Below, one piece after another: positions 1 through 9,587 of a stretch of DNA of 64,000 nucleotides. A program made the position numbers and the translations under genes. The stretch lies in IMG/VR virus record IMGVR_UViG_3300042453_003743, positions 73,342 through 137,341 of that record; one strand, written 5' to 3'. Every line of letters starts with the position of its first letter. The stretch's first letter is position 1. This DNA comes from a virus. The notes beneath the pieces are model-generated. The model searched no databases. It saw only the letters and a program-made list of their open reading frames with translations, and was not told the origin of the DNA.

Positions 1-663
1 AAACCACAGCCAAATATTGGCTCAGGTCAAGTCAAAGCACAGGTGCGAGAAGAAGAACCACCAAAAGAAAAAGAACCCACAAAACCAGCAGAATTAAAAA
101 CAACACAAACAGAAGATCCGTTTGGTGGCAACGAAACAGTTAAAAAGCTATATGGGGCATTCGCTGCAGCAGAACATCGTGGGGCAAAAGTCGAAAATCC
201 TTTTGAATTTAATGAAAAACTATTCATAAGAACCAGAGGAGATAAATCTTCAAGTGCATATGGTCCAGTACAGATGACGACATCTACTGTTTCTGGATTT
301 TTAAAAAATAATCCAAACGATTTTAAGGGAATAGAGGATTATACACAAAAATTTATTCAACAAGGTAAAAAAATGTTGAAAGCAAAAGAAGGTGACCCAA
401 ACTATTCTTTAGGTTGTAAAGGAGATTTATGTGATGCAAAATACAATACAGAACACCAAAGAATGGCTGCAGCTGTAATACGTGGAAAATCCAAAGAAGT
501 AAAAGTAGATTTAAATAAACCCGTTTCAGCAGGGGATTTAGAAAAAATTGTAGATCATTGGCGATATGGTTCTGGATCTGGCAAATCTACAAAACAATCT
601 GATAAAGCTTATTATGACGCTTTTATGGCTGCGTATAACTCTCAATCCAAAAGCTCAGGATAA
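1..663 (+). CDS. C-terminal part of a virion protein with a lysozyme/lytic-transglycosylase-like domain (5' truncated by the window)
   Basis: Frame is open from base 1. 'AAAEHRG...SSAYGPVQMT' resembles the catalytic Glu plus S-A-x-G-x-x-Q motif of SLT/lysozyme folds. Confidence 0.5.
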   Translation, partial: KPQPNIGSGQVKAQVREEEPPKEKEPTKPAELKTTQTEDPFGGNETVKKLYGAFAAAEHRGAKVENPFEFNEKLFIRTRGDKSSSAYGPVQMTTSTVSGFLKNNPNDFKGIEDYTQKFIQQGKKMLKAKEGDPNYSLGCKGDLCDAKYNTEHQRMAAAVIRGKSKEVKVDLNKPVSAGDLEKIVDHWRYGSGSGKSTKQSDKAYYDAFMAAYNSQSKSSG

Positions 664-1421
664 ACAATTATTGGGTTTAATAATTCTTTAATATTTACTG
701 AATTACCATTTTTTTTCCACCACTCCAAAATTAAAGTGTTAGAATTAAAGTGTGCGTCCTTATCTTCTTGCCCTTTGTCTGGAATAGTAGTTTGAAGATT
801 TACGTTTTCAATTAATATTGGTATATTGTAAGTTTTACCGGGCAAGTATAAAATATTTTCACAAATTGGCCACGCTTCTTTATTTGGTATTGTAAAATTA
901 AATAAATTTATATCTTTAACATACCAATTTAATAGTTTTTTTGCATAAGATCTTTTTACTAAAGAAAATAAACCAAATTCTTGTAAAATTCTTGGATGTA
1001 AATGATATGTTAGTCTTTGTGTTCCGTAAGTTATGTTACCGAGATGTATACATTCCCAGTCTTCTGGTAAATTGCTTTCAAATTCTTTCCAAGTAAAATT
1101 CCAATAATTTGCCGTTTCAAATGAAACGTCATCTTCTAAAAATAAAGCACAATCTTCATCAGTTGTATCATACCATTCTTTTATTGCTAAAAGATGTGAT
1201 GCTGTAACATAATGTGCTTTTATTGTATTTAATTCATTGATTCTGTTGCCCGTTATTACTTTTTTTGAATCAGATTCTTCAGTAGATATTTTTAAATCAT
1301 AATTTACAATACCATAATTTTTAAAATGATCTATAATATATTCATGTCTGTTGGTACAGGTTTCATAAGACATGCAATATATTTTTGGTAAATTTTTTAA
1401 TTTATCTTCTAAAGATAACAT
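642..1421 (-). CDS. Glycosyltransferase family 25-like
   Basis: 'IYCMS...NR', 'ASHLLAIKEW', 'ALFLEDDV' and 'LPEDWECIHLG' are typical GT25 motifs. Confidence 0.75.
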   Translation of the reverse strand: MLSLEDKLKNLPKIYCMSYETCTNRHEYIIDHFKNYGIVNYDLKISTEESDSKKVITGNRINELNTIKAHYVTASHLLAIKEWYDTTDEDCALFLEDDVSFETANYWNFTWKEFESNLPEDWECIHLGNITYGTQRLTYHLHPRILQEFGLFSLVKRSYAKKLLNWYVKDINLFNFTIPNKEAWPICENILYLPGKTYNIPILIENVNLQTTIPDKGQEDKDAHFNSNTLILEWWKKNGNSVNIKELLNPIIVYPELLD

Positions 1422-1422
1422 A

Positions 1423-1932
1423 TTAAAGTTTTATATCAAAATCTTTTATAAATTCAAAAGTATCATCTTGCGGTTTCATTCCGCATTTGTGGGCAAACAA
1501 TAATTTTTTTAATTTAAATTCTATTTCGCCTTTATATGATATAGTTTCTCTCAGTTTTTCATTTAAATTGCAATATTGTTCGCCTACACAAATCATTGTA
1601 TAGGCATTGTGATGCATGGAAAGTTTATAAAATACATCAGCCATAAAAAGATATGCTTCGGGTCTATTCGGAAGAATTGAAATTGCATTTTGAAAAAATG
1701 ACTTTTCTGTGTATAACCTGCTACCTTGTCTTCTTATAGCCAGACCAGAACGCAGCATACATTCGTACTGTAATAGTTTATCATCAGTTCTTTCTGCGCA
1801 ACGAATATAATGAGAAACTGCAGAAGCAACCTGATTCATAGAATCATATGTTAAAGCTATTTTAAAATTTATTTCTGGATCTTCTGTGTTGTGTGTATAT
1901 TCAACAAGTTGTTTGGATAATTTGTCTATCAT
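1423..1932 (-). CDS. TPR-repeat protein
   Basis: Helical repeats; 'FQNAISILPNRPEAYLFMA'. Confidence 0.65.
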   Translation of the reverse strand: MIDKLSKQLVEYTHNTEDPEINFKIALTYDSMNQVASAVSHYIRCAERTDDKLLQYECMLRSGLAIRRQGSRLYTEKSFFQNAISILPNRPEAYLFMADVFYKLSMHHNAYTMICVGEQYCNLNEKLRETISYKGEIEFKLKKLLFAHKCGMKPQDDTFEFIKDFDIKL

Positions 1933-2909
1933 AGATTTAACAATCCTTCAATAATATTTTCTGGCACTTTTAATAAACACGCAGAATTGTCTTGAAATCC
2001 AAAAGTTATGTAAAAGTAATTGTCTTTAAATGCCATTCCTGCACAAAATTCAATATCACCACCCAAAAAACTAAAATCATCAGACCATGCAATTTTTACA
2101 AAATTTTTATCCCATAAAATAATTCTATGTCTGTATATACCATCTTTTCTTCCAATAGAATCGTTGAACAAATCTACTTCATGTGTAATTGCAATATAAT
2201 AATTTTTCCAAGGAATTAACTGCGATCCTCCTCGCAAATCTCTGTGTAAATTAGTATACTCTCCAACAAAAATTTGCTCTGAAGATAAATCATTGATATT
2301 TGCTTTTACAACTTCTGTTGGATTTGTCCATTTAACATAATGAAATGGTTTATCTAAAACCGGCATCCAATTTTTTTCACAATAACTGTTTTTATCGATT
2401 GGTGGTTCAATTCTATATCGCTTTACTTCTTTTACAGAATAATTATTAATTGCCAATTCTGACAATTCTATTCTTCCTTGTCCATTTGTTGTTGTATCTC
2501 TTCTAACTCCGGAAAGATAAATTTTATTGTCCCAATTAACAATTCTTGCGTCTTCTAAACCAACAAATTCCCAAAGAGGATCTACGTCAAGAGATGACGT
2601 ATCTACTAAAAGATTTTTTGAAATTAAACCAGAATCGTCTACTTCACAATAGTAGTTTGTTGTTTTTAATTTTTGATAATGTTCCGGATGTAAATAAACA
2701 AGCGGTCCCCACTCATGTAAAAACTTTTTCTTTTCAGAATGATATATTGTGTAATTTACATGACGTAAAATAACAATAGTTTTATCTTCATGAAAAATGA
2801 TAGACGGATTCATTAAACCCGTCCCGTCTGTGAGTGACGCAGGAATTATTAAAGGAGTGATACGACCGCCATGATCAATGGCTAATTTTGCTAAAGGTTG
2901 GTTCAACAT
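1929..2909 (-). CDS. Five-bladed beta-propeller glycosidase/phosphorylase-like protein (GH130-like)
   Basis: 'NPSI', 'GLEDAR', 'EKNWMP', 'LRGGSQ', 'IEFCAG' and 'FGFQD' motifs. Confidence 0.65.
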   Translation of the reverse strand: MLNQPLAKLAIDHGGRITPLIIPASLTDGTGLMNPSIIFHEDKTIVILRHVNYTIYHSEKKKFLHEWGPLVYLHPEHYQKLKTTNYYCEVDDSGLISKNLLVDTSSLDVDPLWEFVGLEDARIVNWDNKIYLSGVRRDTTTNGQGRIELSELAINNYSVKEVKRYRIEPPIDKNSYCEKNWMPVLDKPFHYVKWTNPTEVVKANINDLSSEQIFVGEYTNLHRDLRGGSQLIPWKNYYIAITHEVDLFNDSIGRKDGIYRHRIILWDKNFVKIAWSDDFSFLGGDIEFCAGMAFKDNYFYITFGFQDNSACLLKVPENIIEGLLNL

Positions 2910-2911
2910 AA

Positions 2912-3472
2912 TTAAAAAGGAATTGGCTCTTCAATGTATATAGGAGAGTTATTTGCATACCATGCTGGAATTTTTCCAGTCTTCCATTTTGCAAATTTTG
3001 CTTTTTCTCCAAGATAATACTGCCTGTATGCGGTTATGGCATTTTCATGCTTGTATTGGTCGGGCATAGCCTGAACAAAGGGGGTACGCTTACCTTTACA
3101 AGCATTTTTTGGTGCAGTATACAAACCACCCATTATCATTTCTTGCATTGAATGCACTTTTCCATAACGCAATGTATATTCGGCACAAAGCGATCTAGCA
3201 TGTCTCCAGAGCCACATATAATTTGTTGTAGTTTCTCGCGCCCAAATATTGCATGGGTGATTAATCATAGTAGCTTTGCAAATATTTTTAGTAGTACAAA
3301 TGCTAGTTTTATATTTGCGTGATCCCGTATTAACTATAACAACATCACCATCAAGAACATGATGTGCCGTTGACATAAGTTGACAAGACTCAAGAATCAT
3401 TTTAACAACATGCTTATCGCACATCATTTGGGCTGCGATTTCAGGCTGGTCATCAAGAACAAAAATGTTCAT
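2912..3472 (-). CDS. Pyrimidine-dimer DNA glycosylase (DenV-like family)
   Basis: 'MNIFVLD..P..AAQ..CDKHVVKMILES.Q', 'NHPC.IW', 'QAMPDQYK...ITAYRQYY'. Confidence 0.8.
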   Translation of the reverse strand: MNIFVLDDQPEIAAQMMCDKHVVKMILESCQLMSTAHHVLDGDVVIVNTGSRKYKTSICTTKNICKATMINHPCNIWARETTTNYMWLWRHARSLCAEYTLRYGKVHSMQEMIMGGLYTAPKNACKGKRTPFVQAMPDQYKHENAITAYRQYYLGEKAKFAKWKTGKIPAWYANNSPIYIEEPIPF

Positions 3473-4503
3473 ATTTCGTGGCTTTCAAAAATATTGTTAA
3501 TAGTGCGGTTTACTTTTACTAGTTTACCATGCGAATACAGTTCAGGCAAGTTAAAAGCGCCAACATAAGAGCAAGCCGAGCGCAAACCACCAAAAATTTC
3601 CTGAATCGTATTTCGTACAGATCCTCTATACGGTACTTCAACTGTTCTTCCTTCCGATGCTCTATAATCGGAAAGCCCACCATTGTACTTTTCATTCGCA
3701 GTTTTGCTGCTCATGCCGTAGTGCAACATTCGGAGCTCTCCATGCTCACCATGTCTTATTTCACCACCACACTCATCGTGACCAGCAAACATTCCTCCAG
3801 CCATAACAAAGGCTGCACCAGCCACAAATGATTTTGCAAAATCTCCAGGATAAATTATTCCGCCATCAGCAACGATCCCAATACCGTATGCTTCGGCTGT
3901 TTGTGCACATTCTAATACCGCTGATAGCTGTGGATAGCCCACGCCTGCCACACGCCGGGTCAGACACATCGATCCCGATCCGATTCCCACTTTTACCAGA
4001 TCGACTCCAACCTTTGACAATTCCTCGACCCCCTCTGGGGTCACGACATTCCCTGCAATCAAAATAGACTTCGGCCATTTTTCTCTAACCTTTCTTGTAA
4101 AATTATGAAATTCTGTCATGTAGCCATTTGCCACATCGACACAAACAAACGTTGGATCTTTGATATCTGCACTGTCAACAAAAAGTTTGCTTTCGTTATC
4201 TAATCCAAGTGTAAGAGAAACATACTTTTCTTTATCGGGATGAGAAGAAACAAAACTTGAATAATAATCCCCACCCTTTCGAAGACAAGTTACAATGTTA
4301 TACTCGGACAAAACCAAAGCCATTTTGTGAGTCCCGACAGTAGACATGTTTGCTGCCATAACGGGCACCCCAGACCATTCAATTCCATTTTTAAATGTTT
4401 TTCTAACTTCTAGAGAAACATCTTTGCGAGATTTTACTTCACTTATATTTGGCACAATTAAAACATCTGAGTAATCAAGTTTTGGTTCGTTGTTGGCAAT
4501 CAT
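3469..4503 (-). CDS. guaC: GMP reductase
   Basis: 'KLDYSDVLIVP', 'AANMSTVGT', 'DVANGY', 'KVGIGSGSMCLTR..AGVGYPQLSA', 'YRASEG'; no CBS domains. Confidence 0.9.
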   Translation of the reverse strand: MIANNEPKLDYSDVLIVPNISEVKSRKDVSLEVRKTFKNGIEWSGVPVMAANMSTVGTHKMALVLSEYNIVTCLRKGGDYYSSFVSSHPDKEKYVSLTLGLDNESKLFVDSADIKDPTFVCVDVANGYMTEFHNFTRKVREKWPKSILIAGNVVTPEGVEELSKVGVDLVKVGIGSGSMCLTRRVAGVGYPQLSAVLECAQTAEAYGIGIVADGGIIYPGDFAKSFVAGAAFVMAGGMFAGHDECGGEIRHGEHGELRMLHYGMSSKTANEKYNGGLSDYRASEGRTVEVPYRGSVRNTIQEIFGGLRSACSYVGAFNLPELYSHGKLVKVNRTINNIFESHEI

Positions 4504-4543
4504 GGGGCAAAAATAATATCACAAAAAATGAAGCCGTCAACAA

Positions 4544-4717
4544 TTATTTTGACTCTTCGATTCTTTTTATTGCATCCCGCAGACTTAACATTTTTTGTGC
4601 AAGTTCTTTTGATGTTATTTTTTGACGAAGATAATCTTCATATTTTGATATGATTATTTTAGCTTCACGGAACAGAACTGCGTACAGATGAATGTTTTTT
4701 TTATCTTCGTGTTCCAT
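4544..4717 (-). CDS. Small hypothetical protein (57 aa, MEHEDKKN...)
   Basis: Read manually; late-type ATAAATA box just upstream. Confidence 0.55.
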   Translation of the reverse strand: MEHEDKKNIHLYAVLFREAKIIISKYEDYLRQKITSKELAQKMLSLRDAIKRIEESK

Positions 4718-4726
4718 TAAGAATAT

Positions 4727-5338
4727 TTATTCTGTACCAACACTCTCATCCCGTATAAATTTAAAAACATTTTCAATATAAAATGATTTCCACGATTGAG
4801 AATTTATGTCCCAAATTCCAAGTCTCTCTCCACTAAGAGGACTAAAAAAATTTTTTCTAGATATGTGTTCTTTTGTTGGCATAAATCCAGGCTCAAGAGT
4901 TCCTGTAATTCTTCTCGACGCTCCATTGGTTTTTTTAATAAAAAAAACAGTACACACCCCAGACAGCATTTCTAAAATCATTTCTTGACTAGAAATGTGG
5001 TCTGACGTGTACGCCTCTTCTTTATTTACTATTTTTACATCAATTCTATAATCGTTTATCGGATCGAAAACTGAACTAGATTGATTTATTCTATTTTGCT
5101 GCAAATAATTTTCATATGAGCCATAAGTTTCATTTATAAAATTTTTGTATAATAAATCATTTACCTTTAATTTTTCATATGTTAGTAATTGATAAGAAGA
5201 ACCGCCATATTCGCCTTTGTAAGGCTTTGATTCAAAAGGTAAAAATTCCGATTCTTCAAATTGTTTTTTTAAAAGAGATCTTTGCCTGTCAATTCCAGAC
5301 AATGCATTTCTTATGTTGTTTGGTTCTTGTGCCATCAA
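4727..5338 (-). CDS. Protein with C-terminal WYL_2/SH3-like beta-barrel domain
   Basis: 'VCTVFFIKKTNGASRRITGTL...IWDINSQSWKSF'. Confidence 0.65.
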   Translation of the reverse strand: MMAQEPNNIRNALSGIDRQRSLLKKQFEESEFLPFESKPYKGEYGGSSYQLLTYEKLKVNDLLYKNFINETYGSYENYLQQNRINQSSSVFDPINDYRIDVKIVNKEEAYTSDHISSQEMILEMLSGVCTVFFIKKTNGASRRITGTLEPGFMPTKEHISRKNFFSPLSGERLGIWDINSQSWKSFYIENVFKFIRDESVGTE

Positions 5339-5619
5339 AATTCCAAAATTATTTCATTTTTCTTTTTCATCATGTTTTTTGGTTTTATGTTTAAATTTTC
5401 TATAGCAGCAGAAACATGATTTGAAACAAAAATAGGAAACTTAAGATAAATTGAGTTAAATGGTTGTTTTTTGTCTTCAATAATTTTTAATAAAACATCT
5501 TCCAATTCATTTAAAAAATTTTTATTCATTCCGTCAACCAAATAAACAGTTCCATGAATATTTTGAATTTTATGAATCATTATATTATTTGCTTTACTAA
5601 AAATATATAGTACACTCAC
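5335..5619 (-). CDS. Hypothetical protein
   Basis: ORF overlaps the next gene in operon fashion; start uncertain. Confidence 0.45.
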   Translation of the reverse strand: MSVLYIFSKANNIMIHKIQNIHGTVYLVDGMNKNFLNELEDVLLKIIEDKKQPFNSIYLKFPIFVSNHVSAAIENLNIKPKNMMKKKNEIILEF

Positions 5620-5694
5620 AAGAACTTTTAAGTTCTCTAGAGTTCTTTATAATAAACTCTCTAAAGAGTACTTTAGAGTTAATCTAAAGAAACT

Positions 5695-7143
5695 TTAAAG
5701 TTTCTTTGATTCATTCAACATCTTTGATATCTTTTGCTTGAGGCTTTCTAAGAAAGTGCTTCCGCGCATAGAAAGTGGGAGCGGTTTTGCAGACATCCAC
5801 GTAGTTGGTTTTACTGGCCCGTGAATTTTTTCAAGCCTCTTCAAAAGTTGTTCATGGCTCATTGTTCCAGCTCTCATGGCTGAATGAACATCTTGAATTT
5901 CTTTTTTCTGTGCTGTTCCTACGTTAGCAGAACGTTTTTCATCCCACACTACACTCTGAACAGCATTTGGTATCATTCCTCGTTCCTGAGCAACGGCTAC
6001 AGTAACATCCTTATAAACGGGATATGTACCTTTAAGCCCAGTCTTTTTCGAAGTTGGTGAACCACCCAACCCACGACCGACAACTGGATGCTTTGCTGCT
6101 AGAGTAAAATCAGCATTGGCGACACCGATGTGATGCGTGTCTCCTGTTACATCTGGTCTGTCTGGGTTATTTGGCTGAACGATATTATTATAAAAACTAC
6201 GAACTTTGTGGCCAGTCCCCAAAGATTTGGATATGGTTTCCATATCACCGTTTGACCTTAAAATTTTTACTGCGTTTCCAATTTCTCCAAATGACCCCCA
6301 AGCAGCTGTGGCCCGTTTCTTTCCTTGGGTGACAACGTGTTCCCCAAAATTACCTTCTGGAGTGATTGAGCGATAATGCCTTGGATGGTGTGCTTCATCA
6401 AAAGCGCGAATCCACATCGCTGCGTGTGTTGGATCTTCAACTTCCGCCAAAGTTTTTCCACGAATTTTTTGCAAACCTTCTTGATGTTCTGGATCTGTCT
6501 CCTTGAAGACTTTTTCGGAAATTTTTTCCATTTCCGGGCTCCACGGTGTATTTTGGTGTTCTTTGTGAATGTGAATTAATCTTTCACCCAGAGAAGCGTT
6601 TTGATACCAATCTTTTTGCGGTGAAAGACTGGCCATCACACCGGCGACAATGTGAGTATCGTGGCCATACCTTTTGCCAATATGTTCAGAAATTTTATTC
6701 GCGCCAACATACCACTGCTGGCTTCTTTGTGCAAGTTCGGGCAAAGATTGAGCCCGATCCAAACTCCATTCGATATTTCTTTTTGCTCTTTGTCCGAGCA
6801 AGTCAACGGCCTCTTCGTCACCAAGATTTTCCGTTGGACCTAGAATGGTATGGTACACCCCTGCATCACTTGATGATGGTGCAATATTTGACTTGAGCAT
6901 TTTACCCATTCTAATTTTGTGTTCTGGCTCCATGGCATCCATCCCAACAACAACTCGCTTAGATCCATAAAGTTTGTGCGGATCTCCAATTGCTGGATCA
7001 TCTGGAAGTCTTGTAGAAACTAATAGAGGGCTCGCAGCTGGATCATATTGTCTTTTTTCTTCGTTCAGTTGCGATTCAAGATCTTTGATTTTTTTCGCGA
7101 GTTTTTCGCATTTATTTTTATAGTATTCGGTTAAATATGCCAT
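5695..7143 (-). CDS. Late protein with a glycosylase-like helical domain (paralogue of 11373..11936) and putative head-targeting leader
   Basis: 'WY..A', 'LSPQKDW..N', 'GHKVRSFYNNI', 'VTGDTH', 'PNAVQSVVW'; TATAAATA 4 nt before the ATG. Confidence 0.6.
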   Translation of the reverse strand: MAYLTEYYKNKCEKLAKKIKDLESQLNEEKRQYDPAASPLLVSTRLPDDPAIGDPHKLYGSKRVVVGMDAMEPEHKIRMGKMLKSNIAPSSSDAGVYHTILGPTENLGDEEAVDLLGQRAKRNIEWSLDRAQSLPELAQRSQQWYVGANKISEHIGKRYGHDTHIVAGVMASLSPQKDWYQNASLGERLIHIHKEHQNTPWSPEMEKISEKVFKETDPEHQEGLQKIRGKTLAEVEDPTHAAMWIRAFDEAHHPRHYRSITPEGNFGEHVVTQGKKRATAAWGSFGEIGNAVKILRSNGDMETISKSLGTGHKVRSFYNNIVQPNNPDRPDVTGDTHHIGVANADFTLAAKHPVVGRGLGGSPTSKKTGLKGTYPVYKDVTVAVAQERGMIPNAVQSVVWDEKRSANVGTAQKKEIQDVHSAMRAGTMSHEQLLKRLEKIHGPVKPTTWMSAKPLPLSMRGSTFLESLKQKISKMLNESKKL

Positions 7144-7180
7144 AAAATTATTTATAAAATTTAAAAGAATAAATAATTTT

Positions 7181-7543
7181 ATGGATTATCTAACAAATTA
7201 TTACAAAAATTTATCAGAACAGCTTCAGCAAAGAGTGAACATTCTTCAAAAACAATTGGATGAAACAAACAATTCACCACAAAATCCCATCACGGATCAA
7301 GAAGCCTTTGAAAAAGGAGTGCAGGCTGCACAGAACTCTCTCATTCCAAATTTTCGTGAAGGAGTACAGGGACACCCAAAATTTCATCACGGATACCAAT
7401 TAGGAATGCGGCACGGACTTGAAGCACTGAAAATGAAAGACGTAAGTCCGGAGACCTACGGAGGATACCCAACACCATCAGAAATGGCACAAAAATTTAT
7501 GGCAACTGACGGAAGACCTCACGTAGGATCTGCTCAGTACTAA
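7181..7543 (+). CDS. Hypothetical late protein sharing its N-terminal leader with 5695..7143
   Basis: MDYLTNYYKN...QLDE versus MAYLTEYYKN...QLNE; ATAAATA upstream. Confidence 0.7.
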   Translation: MDYLTNYYKNLSEQLQQRVNILQKQLDETNNSPQNPITDQEAFEKGVQAAQNSLIPNFREGVQGHPKFHHGYQLGMRHGLEALKMKDVSPETYGGYPTPSEMAQKFMATDGRPHVGSAQY

Positions 7544-7567
7544 AATTTTTAAAAAATTAGTGTAGAG

Positions 7568-7597
7568 AATGGGTTCCCAATAAGGGACCCATTTTTA
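7568..7597. terminator. Intrinsic terminator between convergent genes
   Basis: AATGGGTTCC-CAATAA-GGGACCCATT followed by a T-run. Confidence 0.7.
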
Positions 7598-7622
7598 TTT
7601 GGCTTCTGTTGAGTTTAATTTT

Positions 7623-7745
7623 TCAGATGACCGAACATCCACGGACCATCAAAAAACCCACCACGAACGATCCTACAACGATTGCGACCACACACCAGTC
7701 GAGAGGGGTGGTTTCTTTCCAGAGGTTTTGAATAAAATTTTTCAT
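7623..7745 (-). CDS. 40-aa single-TM membrane peptide (MKNFIQNLWKETTPLDWCVVAIVVGSFVVGFLMVRGCSVI)
   Basis: Read manually; CTAAATA box 6 nt upstream of the ATG. Confidence 0.55.
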   Translation of the reverse strand: MKNFIQNLWKETTPLDWCVVAIVVGSFVVGFLMVRGCSVI

Positions 7746-8083
7746 TCAACTTATTTAGCCGTTTTCCGCCCGGAAAATTTTTAAGCCATCCCATGGTTTT
7801 TGAATAGGGGACCCATATTTCTATAAGTGCGGACAGGATACTGGGGGCTCGGAGAATATTAGAGAAAATTAAAGAATATTAGAGGGGGGTGGGAGCTAGC
7901 CCGCCCAAATATTAATTTTTTTTAGGGGACCCATTTTACTGTTTGGACATGACCACCAAGTATATTTTACCACACCCCCCTCTGCTTGTCAAGGCCCCCT
8001 CCCCCCTTGACACTAGCCATCACCCGTGATACAATCAACTCGGTTGAGTTTCAAAACTCCATCGAAGTAAAGGGAAAACCCCC

Positions 8084-8422
8084 TTATGGGGTTTCCTTGC
8101 CCTCCTTTTCCTTGGCGATTCGCACCAACTGGGCCGCGTACTTCTTCATGATCTTGCGAGCGAAGATCATCTGCTTGGGGGACAGCGATCCGCGACGGAT
8201 CACCTGTTCCGCGAGGCTGCTTGCAAAGGTCGCATCGACTCCGGTGAACCCGACGCCGTTGGTGTGCTTGGTGGCCGCGTCCCGCTGCTCGTCCTCCGTC
8301 TGCTTGTGGTAGATGGCGACCAGCCCACGGAGGAGCCAACGGTCGTCCGTGGCGATCTTCTCGCGCACGAACTCAACGGTGAGGGGGGCGGCAGGGGCGG
8401 GGGCGGTGGTGGTGCTGTTCAT
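8084..8422 (-). CDS. Early hypothetical phage protein, leaderless
   Basis: TTGACA-N17-TACAAT-N6-ATG; GC-rich codon usage. Confidence 0.8.
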   Translation of the reverse strand: MNSTTTAPAPAAPLTVEFVREKIATDDRWLLRGLVAIYHKQTEDEQRDAATKHTNGVGFTGVDATFASSLAEQVIRRGSLSPKQMIFARKIMKKYAAQLVRIAKEKEGKETP

Positions 8423-8453
8423 GCGTGTATTGTAGCACTACCCACCTACCATG

Positions 8454-8669
8454 TCAACCCCAGTCCTTTCTCATGGTGGGGTCGGCATAGGTTTCCTCGT
8501 AGCCTGCGGTGTACGCCTCCAGTTCCTCCGGGTCCGTCAGGGTGACTCGCTCTCCCTTGTAGGTGCCGTTCGGGTACTTGTGAGGGCTAGGCGCTCTCCC
8601 GTACCACGCATCGGCACAACCCCGGTCGTAGGGCGATCCGTGCCAGTTGGGGTAGGTCTTGGGGTTCAC
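8454..8669 (-). CDS. Early hypothetical phage protein (HGSPYDRG.AD.WYGR motif)
   Basis: GTG start overlaps the upstream stop (GTGA). Confidence 0.7.
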   Translation of the reverse strand: MNPKTYPNWHGSPYDRGCADAWYGRAPSPHKYPNGTYKGERVTLTDPEELEAYTAGYEETYADPTMRKDWG

Positions 8670-9004
8670 GCCTGCCCCCTTTCGATGTGGATCACGCAGG
8701 AGAGAACATGCTCCCGGTGTTCGTCCCATTCCGGGAGACGCGACTCCCACTCGCTGTACGGGGAAATCGCAATGATGTACTCCTCGTAGTAGTCATTGCA
8801 GGGCAGCACGGCCTCGGCTGCGGCAGCAGCCTGCTCGGCGGTTTCGGCCCCATGAACGAAGTAGTCGTGGCCCCCCTTGCACTTCCAGTACTGGGGGCAC
8901 GCGCCCGTTCCGTCCCACGAATGAGCGCCGTAGTTCTCGCGCATCTGCGTGACAACGACAAAGGCCGGGGCGGTGCGGGGAGTGACGTTGGTGGTGGTGT
9001 CCAT
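8666..9004 (-). CDS. Early hypothetical phage protein (ENYGAH.WDG.G.CPQYWK.KGG motif), leaderless
   Basis: TTGACA-N17-TATACT-N6-ATG. Confidence 0.8.
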   Translation of the reverse strand: MDTTTNVTPRTAPAFVVVTQMRENYGAHSWDGTGACPQYWKCKGGHDYFVHGAETAEQAAAAAEAVLPCNDYYEEYIIAISPYSEWESRLPEWDEHREHVLSCVIHIERGQA

Positions 9005-9184
9005 GCACACAGTATAGCAAAGTGTCTCTGGGATGTCAACCCCCTACATGATAAGTCCGATAACGGCCCACTTGACACCGGGGGAACCCATGTGGTACAA
9101 TCTACTTGGTTGACGTTTCAGGCGCACACAAAATAATAAAAAACCCCCCGGCAACGCACCGGGGGGCCAGCCCTCACGCTGTAG

Positions 9185-9433
9185 TTAGTCCCATTTCGAT
9201 TCCCCCGTCGCTATGATGCGGTCCACCAGTTCGTCGGTGGTCATCTGCCAATCGGCAGCGAGGTCTTCCTGCTCAATGTAGAACCAGTCTGAGCCTTCCG
9301 CCTCTTCGCGGGAATCGTAGTAGTGGGCCATTTCCGTGGCACAGTCCTCGCACACATCATCGAACGAATCGAGAATGAGAACGCCGCAGGCGCGGCACTG
9401 GGTGGGGTTGTCAGCCGGGGTGGTGTTGCACAT
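9185..9433 (-). CDS. Small Zn-finger acidic protein, leaderless
   Basis: CxxC...CxxC; TATACT-N6-ATG; followed by a terminator at ~9137-9168. Confidence 0.7.
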   Translation of the reverse strand: MCNTTPADNPTQCRACGVLILDSFDDVCEDCATEMAHYYDSREEAEGSDWFYIEQEDLAADWQMTTDELVDRIIATGESKWD

Positions 9434-9587
9434 GACCGTAGTATACACTAGCCCCTCTGCGGTGTCAAGAGGCTAGGTGAAGTTTTTACACCTACATGCA
9501 AAGTCCACCAAGTAGATTCTACCATGGCATGGGCAAAATGTCAACCCCCCACCCCCGGAGGGGCGAGGGGTTGATGCGGTATGCCGA

